NCBI GenBank assembly: GCA_038134805.1 | Contig: JAYPVV010000006.1 | Location: 1,985-65,984, forward strand | Direction of reading: 5' to 3' | Origin: Marinoscillum sp. | GTDB lineage: Bacteria; Bacteroidota; Bacteroidia; Cytophagales; MED-G16 | Length of the DNA stretch: 64,000 bases | In this document: positions 57,656 to 64,000 of the stretch, one piece after another | How positions within the stretch are numbered: the stretch's first letter is position 1 | Layout: each line of letters begins with the position of its first letter | Notes under the pieces: model-generated | What the model was told of the DNA's origin: nothing | What the model saw: only the letters and a program-made list of their open reading frames with translations | Databases searched by the model: none | Position numbers and translations under genes: made by a program

Positions 57656-58966
57656 TCATTTCTTTCTAAAGACAAGAGTTATAGGTACTCCATCTAGTGA
57701 AAACTTAGATCTAAGCTTATTGGAAAGGAATCTTTTATACGGATCCTTTATATATTGTGGAAGATTACAAAAAAATGCAATAGTTGGGGTTTTTGTTGGT
57801 AGTTGGGTTATATATTTTATTTTGATATATTTTCCTTTAATTGCTGGAGGTGGGTATTTTTCTATTTCTGGTAGCATCTTGTTATTAAGTTGAGATGTTG
57901 AAATTTTTTGAGCACGGTTTTCATAAACTCTAATGGCATTTTCAAGTACTTTATGAATTCTTTGTTTATTTATGACTGAGGTAAAAATTATGGGGACAAA
58001 ACTTAAAGGACTGATTTTACTTTTAATTTTTTCTTCAAAATCTTTAGCACTGTTAGTTTCTTTTTTAATTAAATCCCATTTATTAACCATTAATACTATA
58101 CCTTTTTTATACTTAACTGCTAAGGATAATATATTCATGTCTTGACTTTCAAAACCTTGGAGTGCATCAATCATAATAATACAAATATCAGAATTTTCCA
58201 TTGCCTGAATTGATCTCATAACTGAGTAGAATTCGATATTTTCTTTTACTTTAGATTTTTTTCTTATTCCTGCTGTATCTGTAATTATAAACTCTTTATG
58301 AAATAAATTATACTTTGTGTCAATAGAGTCTCTTGTGGTCCCAGAAATAGCAGTTACAATATTTCTTTCTTCACCAAGTATTGAGTTAATGAAAGATGAT
58401 TTTCCGACATTTGGTCTTCCTAAAATTGAAATTCTCGGTAAGCCTACCTCTATTTCTTTATTATTTTTTTCAAGTTTTTTTACTACTAAATCAAGTAATT
58501 CACCAGTTCCAGAACCGCTTACAGATGATAGAGGAATAATAGGTACATTTTTTAAACCTAACTTATAAAATTCATTAGAATTAAGTTCTAGTTCATAGTT
58601 ATCGGCTTTATTAGCTACTATAATTATTTCTTTATTTATCTGACGGATAACTTTAGAAAAATCTTCATCTAAAGATGAAAGGCCACTTTTACAATCAACC
58701 ATAAAAAGAATAATATTAGCTTCATTTAGCGCTAATATTACTTGTTCTTTAATTTTATTTTCAAATATATCCTCAGAATTTTCAACGTATCCTCCAGTAT
58801 CGATTACTGTAAAAGGTTTCCCATTCCATTCAGATACACCATAGTGTCTATCTCTAGTCACACCACTCTCATCATGGATTATTGCCTGTCTTTTTTCGAC
58901 TAATCTATTAAATAAAGTAGATTTCCCAACATTAGGACGACCAACTATTGCAACAATATTACTCAT
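57656..58966 (-). CDS. der: ribosome-biogenesis GTPase Der (EngA), tandem GTP-binding domains
   Basis: 436 aa with two G domains (GRPNVGKST..DTGG..NKAD and GRPNVGKSS..DTAG..NKWD) plus a KH-like C-terminus. Confidence 0.95.
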   Translation of the reverse strand: MSNIVAIVGRPNVGKSTLFNRLVEKRQAIIHDESGVTRDRHYGVSEWNGKPFTVIDTGGYVENSEDIFENKIKEQVILALNEANIILFMVDCKSGLSSLDEDFSKVIRQINKEIIIVANKADNYELELNSNEFYKLGLKNVPIIPLSSVSGSGTGELLDLVVKKLEKNNKEIEVGLPRISILGRPNVGKSSFINSILGEERNIVTAISGTTRDSIDTKYNLFHKEFIITDTAGIRKKSKVKENIEFYSVMRSIQAMENSDICIIMIDALQGFESQDMNILSLAVKYKKGIVLMVNKWDLIKKETNSAKDFEEKIKSKISPLSFVPIIFTSVINKQRIHKVLENAIRVYENRAQKISTSQLNNKMLPEIEKYPPPAIKGKYIKIKYITQLPTKTPTIAFFCNLPQYIKDPYKRFLSNKLRSKFSLDGVPITLVFRKK

Positions 58967-58992
58967 TAAAAAAGTATCAATTAACTGCGAAA

Positions 58993-61900
58993 TTAATTAA
59001 TACTTATTAATTGAATGTTATTTTGAATTATCAAAGTATTTATTTTATAAAGATCTGAGTCTTTAATTTTATACCATTTAACAAGCTCAGCTTCAATTTC
59101 CTTTAATAACTCATCCCTAACTCCATACATTTGATCAGTAGGTTTAAAATTTCCATTTGATGCAACGCTTGAAAGGTGAGCAAGTTTATTATTTAATCTT
59201 ATTGGAAAATTTAATGGGTCTTGACCACTTCTGTTTTTTGTTTGATAAAGATTTTCTTCAATTTTAGTTATACTTTCAATAGTACTCTTTATCATATCAT
59301 TTAGCTCTTTGTGATTATCATTTAATTTACCTTTAAGGTTATTTAATTGATCTCTGGTAGATCTAATTTGTTTTATTGATTTATGAATTTCAGTCACCTT
59401 ATCTCTTATTCCCATAAGAAATTCAAATTGTTCTTTCAAATCATTTACAGAACTTTCACTTCTTGGATCTTTTAAAATATTAAATGTTTCTTCTTGACTT
59501 TTATCTCCAACAGTAAGTTTGACATAATACTTACCAGGGTATGTTTTAGGCCCAGTAAGACTTGCAGCCCACATAATAAGACCTTCAAAACCTTCTGCAT
59601 TATCATATCTCATATTCCAAACAAAGGAATTTTTTTCACTATTTATTTTAAGAGGAGATTTTTTATCATTGGTAGAATACTTTTTAATTAAATTCTTATT
59701 TTCATCTAAAAACTCAAGAGAGATATCAGCTTTAGACTCAATTATATTTTTAGAAATATTAAAAAATACTTCAACACCATTATGATGATTTGTTCCAGAG
59801 GATTGAGATGATCCTCCCCATCCTGATGATCCCATTCTATAACTATCCATAGGTCTAAATAATTGATAATCTGAATTAGAACTTTCTTTACTTAATTGAT
59901 GTAATGGAGTAAGATCATCAATAATCCAAATTGACCTTCCCTGAGTAGCAGCAATTAAATTATTATCTTTTATTGTCATATCAGTAATTGGTACTAATGG
60001 TAGATTAAGTTGAAATGAATTCCATGAAATTCCATCATCAAAAGATATATATGCACCCGATTCAGTGCCCGCATATAATAAACCCTCTTTTTCTGGATCT
60101 GCTCTAAGTACTCTAGTAAAAAAATTATTAGGAATTCCATCAGTTATTTTTGTCCAGGTTTTACCGTAGTCCTTTGTCTTATAGAGATAAGGAGTAAAAT
60201 CCCCAGTTTTATAAAGAGTTCCAGCAGCGTATAATCCACCCTTAACAAATGGGTCTGGTTCTACACTATTCCACATTATATATTTTGGTGAAATAGATGG
60301 TGTTACATTCTCCCAATTTTTACCATTGTCTTTTGAAATATGAATTAATCCGTCATCTGAAGCAGCCCAGAGTAATCCTTCTTCGTATGGAGATTCACAA
60401 GCAGCAAAGATTGTAGCATAATATTCAACGGCTGTGTTATCTTTAGTAATAGGCCCTCCTGATGGTCCTAATTTTTCTTTCTCGTTTCTAGTTAAATCTG
60501 GACTAATTAGATTCCAAGATTGCCCTTCGTTAAAAGTTGAGTGAAAATGATTTGATGTAGTATAGAGTTTATCTGGATTGTGTGGCGAGAAAAATATCGG
60601 AAAATTCCATTGAAAACGATATTTCATATTTTCAGCTCCATGTCCCATAGGATTATTAGGCCATACATTTACTGATCTGCTTTCGCCAGTTTTATGATCC
60701 AATCTAGTAAGATACCCACCATAACTTCCTCCAAAAACAATATCTGGATTATCAGGCTTAGCTGCAAGGTGCGCACTCTCACCTCCAGCAGACTCCTCCC
60801 AGTCACCTTCTCCAATTCCACCTGAATTTACTCTATGAGGAACTCTTTGAGTACTATTATCTTGTTGAGCTACTAATATATTGTATGGGAAACTATTATC
60901 AGTAACAACTCTATAGTACTGAGCGGTTGGTTGATTCATATAAGTTGACCAGCTTAGTGCATCATCATTGCTAACTTGAGCACCCCCATCGTCTGCAACA
61001 ATCATTCTCTTATTATTATGAGGATCAATCCATAGATCATGGTGATCTCCATGAGGTGTTCTATATCTATCAAATGATTTTCCTCCATCCTCAGATCTCC
61101 AAAAGGCTACATTCATAACATACACTCTATTTTCATTTTGAGTATCTGCATAAATTCGAGTATAATACCAAGCTCTTTGTCTAAGATTCCTATCACTATT
61201 TATTAATTTCCATGAATTTCCTCCATCTTCGGATCTATATAACCCTCCATTATCATTTTCAATTAAAGCAAAAACTTTTTTAGAATTGATAGGGGAGATT
61301 GCTACACCACTAATTCCCCATATTCCTTTTGGCAATCCTGAATTACTTGATATATTTTTCCATGATTCACCTCCATCAGTTGATTTCCATAATCCAGATC
61401 CTTCTCCACCACTTTCTAAACTGTAAGGTGTTCTTCTAATATTCCATGTAGAAGCAAACATTACTCTAGGATTATTTTTATCAATTGAGACATCCACAGC
61501 ACCAGATCTATTATTTGAGAAGAGAACTTTTTTCCAAGATTTTCCCCCATCTATAGATTTATATATACCTCTCTTATCAGAGTCTTTAAATAAATCTCCA
61601 ATTATTGCGATGTAAACTATATCTGGGTTAGAAGGATGAATTGCAATTCTTCCAACTTGAACCTGATCAATATCTAAATTCATTTTCTCCCATGTTTCTC
61701 CTGCATCATTTGATTTCCAAAAACCTCCATATCCTGGAGAAACATTTCCTCTGACAGTCTTTTCTCCTGTTCCCACATAAATGACATTAGGGTCAGATTC
61801 ACTTACGCTTACTGCACCAATTGATCCACCAAAATAGCCATCAGAAATATTCTTCCATGTAACTCCAGAGTCAACCGTTTTCCAAACTCCGCCACCAGTT

Positions 61901-62103
61901 GAACCAAAATAATATGTGCTTGAAGAGTTTGTTGTTCCAGTTACAGTTGCGGATCTTCCTCCTCTGTGTGGGCCTATAGACCTCCATTTTAAATTTGGCA
62001 ACTCATAAGAAATTATATTAGAATTTTTTTTGTTTTGTTTTCTTTGTGAGATTGATTCAAAAGAAAATACAGTTAGAATTATTAATGCTAGTATTTTTTT
62101 CAT
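58993..62103 (-). CDS. secreted sortilin/VPS10-like BNR (Asp-box) repeat beta-propeller protein
   Basis: 1036 aa with a signal peptide and at least 9 clear Asp-boxes (S/T-x-D-x-G-x-x-W), e.g. SNDAGETW, SIDGGKSW, STDGGESW, SEDGGNSW, SKDNGKNW, TKDYGKTW. Confidence 0.8.
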   Translation of the reverse strand: MKKILALIILTVFSFESISQRKQNKKNSNIISYELPNLKWRSIGPHRGGRSATVTGTTNSSSTYYFGSTGGGVWKTVDSGVTWKNISDGYFGGSIGAVSVSESDPNVIYVGTGEKTVRGNVSPGYGGFWKSNDAGETWEKMNLDIDQVQVGRIAIHPSNPDIVYIAIIGDLFKDSDKRGIYKSIDGGKSWKKVLFSNNRSGAVDVSIDKNNPRVMFASTWNIRRTPYSLESGGEGSGLWKSTDGGESWKNISSNSGLPKGIWGISGVAISPINSKKVFALIENDNGGLYRSEDGGNSWKLINSDRNLRQRAWYYTRIYADTQNENRVYVMNVAFWRSEDGGKSFDRYRTPHGDHHDLWIDPHNNKRMIVADDGGAQVSNDDALSWSTYMNQPTAQYYRVVTDNSFPYNILVAQQDNSTQRVPHRVNSGGIGEGDWEESAGGESAHLAAKPDNPDIVFGGSYGGYLTRLDHKTGESRSVNVWPNNPMGHGAENMKYRFQWNFPIFFSPHNPDKLYTTSNHFHSTFNEGQSWNLISPDLTRNEKEKLGPSGGPITKDNTAVEYYATIFAACESPYEEGLLWAASDDGLIHISKDNGKNWENVTPSISPKYIMWNSVEPDPFVKGGLYAAGTLYKTGDFTPYLYKTKDYGKTWTKITDGIPNNFFTRVLRADPEKEGLLYAGTESGAYISFDDGISWNSFQLNLPLVPITDMTIKDNNLIAATQGRSIWIIDDLTPLHQLSKESSNSDYQLFRPMDSYRMGSSGWGGSSQSSGTNHHNGVEVFFNISKNIIESKADISLEFLDENKNLIKKYSTNDKKSPLKINSEKNSFVWNMRYDNAEGFEGLIMWAASLTGPKTYPGKYYVKLTVGDKSQEETFNILKDPRSESSVNDLKEQFEFLMGIRDKVTEIHKSIKQIRSTRDQLNNLKGKLNDNHKELNDMIKSTIESITKIEENLYQTKNRSGQDPLNFPIRLNNKLAHLSSVASNGNFKPTDQMYGVRDELLKEIEAELVKWYKIKDSDLYKINTLIIQNNIQLISIN

Positions 62104-62132
62104 TATTGGTTAGTTTATTTTTTTAAATGTAT

Positions 62133-64000
62133 TTATTTTTTTATTTCGATCATAGATAATGTCTTATTTAATGTTTTATATACAACTAGATAATCTCCAT
62201 AGTCTAATATTGAAATTTTATTTTGATTAGAAATAGGCTCGTAATATTTTTTTAATTGAGAATTCATAAATAATGATTTTTTTTCGATGGTGTCGGTTAT
62301 TACAATAAATTTTTCATCTTTGTATAATTCGTAATACTGATATATTAAATTTTTAGTGCTTGATAAAAAAAGTTTATTATCTTCCAAAAAAAGATTAGAA
62401 TCATCATAAGAAAGGATTAATGATTTATCATCTGAAGGTTCTTTAAGAAGAATAAAGGATGGAGTAGTTACATTTCTGTATTGATCTTTGGATGAGATAA
62501 TTTGTCCGTTAAAATTAACTTCATATAAAGTTCCTTCTTCTGATAACAATTTTATCAAACTCTTTCTAGAATTATTTGATGCTATGACATGATTATTATC
62601 TGAAAACTCAGTATTAATATTAATAGGAAATCCTTCGTAATTATTGCCTCTTCTGTTTTTTAAATATACAGAGCCATTCCTCAAGATAATAATAAAATAA
62701 TCTTTACCATTAACTCTTTTATGAATAGGATATTGAGCTAATTTGTTTTCCATTTTTAATGGATTCCACCCATCTAGTGTAGATCCATTTTTATCTAATA
62801 AATAGATTTCACCATTATCATGATAGGTAATTATTCTATATCTTTTTGATTTATCGTAATCAATTAAGTTTATATTTTTTATTGGGTAAAGTGATGGGTT
62901 TTTTATTGGAAATCCAGAAAGAGAGTTTCCTAGCCTATCATAACTATAAATAAAGTTTTTGCTAGAGAAAAGTATTTGTTTTTTATTGTTTTTGTAATAA
63001 TCAATTTCAAATATTTCTGATTCAATCTCTTCAATAGAGTCTGACCAGATAGGTTGAAGAGAATTTGATAAATGGTAGATAATATTATTTTCATCTTGAA
63101 TAATTACTTCTGGCTTATTATCTATATGACTAAATATTATATGAGGTTTTGAAGCTAAATTTGAATTAAATGTATACTCATTAAGACTGCTATCATTAAT
63201 TAATTGAAATTCTGAATTATCTTGTGATATATTTACACTCATATAATACTTATCTTCTAGTTCACTCATTTGAATGGATAGATATTCTATATCAATTGAA
63301 TTCGTAAAAAGTAATTTTTTTATATTAAGTATATATGACTGGTTATGAGACTCATTCATTTCTTTTTTAAACTTTAGAAAGTCTGTGTCCTTACTCCAAT
63401 AATTCTTTTCAATAGTGTTCTTATTAACAACTTGAAGTGCTTCAAAACTTTTAGAAAAATAGATATAGTCCTGCTGAACAAAAGCAAATATTTGTTCATC
63501 TATATGAGATGTATCAAAAAAATGTAAAATGATAGAATCATGAACAGAAAAAATTTCATTATTAACTAGTTTTTTTTCTTTGAAATAAGATGTTTTATTG
63601 GTTTGAGTGATAAAAATTTCATCTAATGATTCTTTATAAAATCCATCTATATAAAATTTACTAATATCTCCTGAAAATATAGTGTCTAGATTGCTGGTTA
63701 TTTTATGATAAAGAGTTTCTGCTGAAAAGTTTGAGTATAAAACTATATTTTCAGGCACAAAATTTATATTAGAGTCTTTGTGATATTTTTTTGAGTAGTT
63801 AAGATTTTTATTTTTGGATGAGAATCCATTTAAATTAATAGTTTTATTAATTATATCTATATCAAAAAATGATTTTTCTGGTAATAAATTGATGAATGAA
63901 TTTAAATTTATAGGTAAAGAAGTTGAAGTAATTTTAATTAAATCATTATAATTCAGATAGATATTCCCTAAGTCATTTTTTAGTTGAACTTGATTAAAAA
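62133..64000 (-). CDS. hypothetical repeat (beta-propeller-like) protein, 5' end beyond window
   Basis: The frame stays open from 63758 to 64000 with no in-frame stop and no ATG, so the track's GTG start is an artefact. Repeated segments: YDRLGNSLSGFPI, LDKNGSTLDGWNP, KNRRGNNYEGFPI. Confidence 0.6.
   Translation of the reverse strand, partial: FNQVQLKNDLGNIYLNYNDLIKITSTSLPINLNSFINLLPEKSFFDIDIINKTINLNGFSSKNKNLNYSKKYHKDSNINFVPENIVLYSNFSAETLYHKITSNLDTIFSGDISKFYIDGFYKESLDEIFITQTNKTSYFKEKKLVNNEIFSVHDSIILHFFDTSHIDEQIFAFVQQDYIYFSKSFEALQVVNKNTIEKNYWSKDTDFLKFKKEMNESHNQSYILNIKKLLFTNSIDIEYLSIQMSELEDKYYMSVNISQDNSEFQLINDSSLNEYTFNSNLASKPHIIFSHIDNKPEVIIQDENNIIYHLSNSLQPIWSDSIEEIESEIFEIDYYKNNKKQILFSSKNFIYSYDRLGNSLSGFPIKNPSLYPIKNINLIDYDKSKRYRIITYHDNGEIYLLDKNGSTLDGWNPLKMENKLAQYPIHKRVNGKDYFIIILRNGSVYLKNRRGNNYEGFPININTEFSDNNHVIASNNSRKSLIKLLSEEGTLYEVNFNGQIISSKDQYRNVTTPSFILLKEPSDDKSLILSYDDSNLFLEDNKLFLSSTKNLIYQYYELYKDEKFIVITDTIEKKSLFMNSQLKKYYEPISNQNKISILDYGDYLVVYKTLNKTLSMIEIKK

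Noticed and set aside
63756-63758. GTG start codon given by the ORF track for the last minus-strand ORF.
   Set aside because: The frame remains open to the window edge, so the GTG is just the first permissible start inside the window. The gene is treated as 5'-truncated.
1-64000. Scan for rRNA, tRNA, CRISPR arrays, transposases/integrases, toxin-antitoxin or nuclease/helicase/ATPase defence-type gene sets.
   Set aside because: None were seen. All spacers longer than 80 bp were read and none has tRNA-like or repeat-spacer structure. No ORF shows recombinase, reverse-transcriptase, nuclease or STAND/AAA defence motifs. A computational scan (tRNAscan, Infernal, defence-system HMMs) should confirm this.

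Overview
The window looks like an AT-rich, tightly packed Flavobacteriia (Bacteroidota) chromosome segment. Supporting signs are gldC, a CarboxypepD_reg-type TonB receptor, an exact Bacteroidetes TTG-N19-TAnnTTTG promoter, and an alternative complex III (ACIII) cluster joined to aa3 oxidase genes. Nearly all of it is core housekeeping: valS, leuS, der, ribF, truB, ftsX, uppP, hppA, the sufBCDSE operon, fadD, ispG, mlaEF, and a roughly 16-kb co-directional respiratory array running actABCDEF, cox II/I, ctaA/ctaB, cox III/III/IV and assembly factors. I found no rRNA, tRNA, CRISPR, transposase, integrase or recognisable defence genes, and no convincing new multi-gene system of that kind. Seven items deserve a second look. 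(1) A translationally coupled four-gene operon (4868-7977) links an outer-membrane barrel and a YceI lipid carrier to an extended-SDR and a steroid-5-alpha-reductase-family enzyme. (2) A single ORF fuses UppP to a VanX-type D-Ala-D-Ala dipeptidase. (3) Two tandem perfect palindromes sit upstream of a GC-rich umuDC cassette. (4) Base composition and codon usage change near 17 kb, from about 38% G+C on the left to about 29% on the right in hand-sampled lines. (5) A CDGSH motif is appended to a YdeI/DUF1801 protein. (6) An orphan terminator-like hairpin lies in the lrp-fadD intergenic region. (7) The tail of the cox cluster has atypical genes: no CxxxC protein where I expected Sco, plus a small CxxC membrane protein. 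All functional calls rest on reading motifs by eye; no searches were run.
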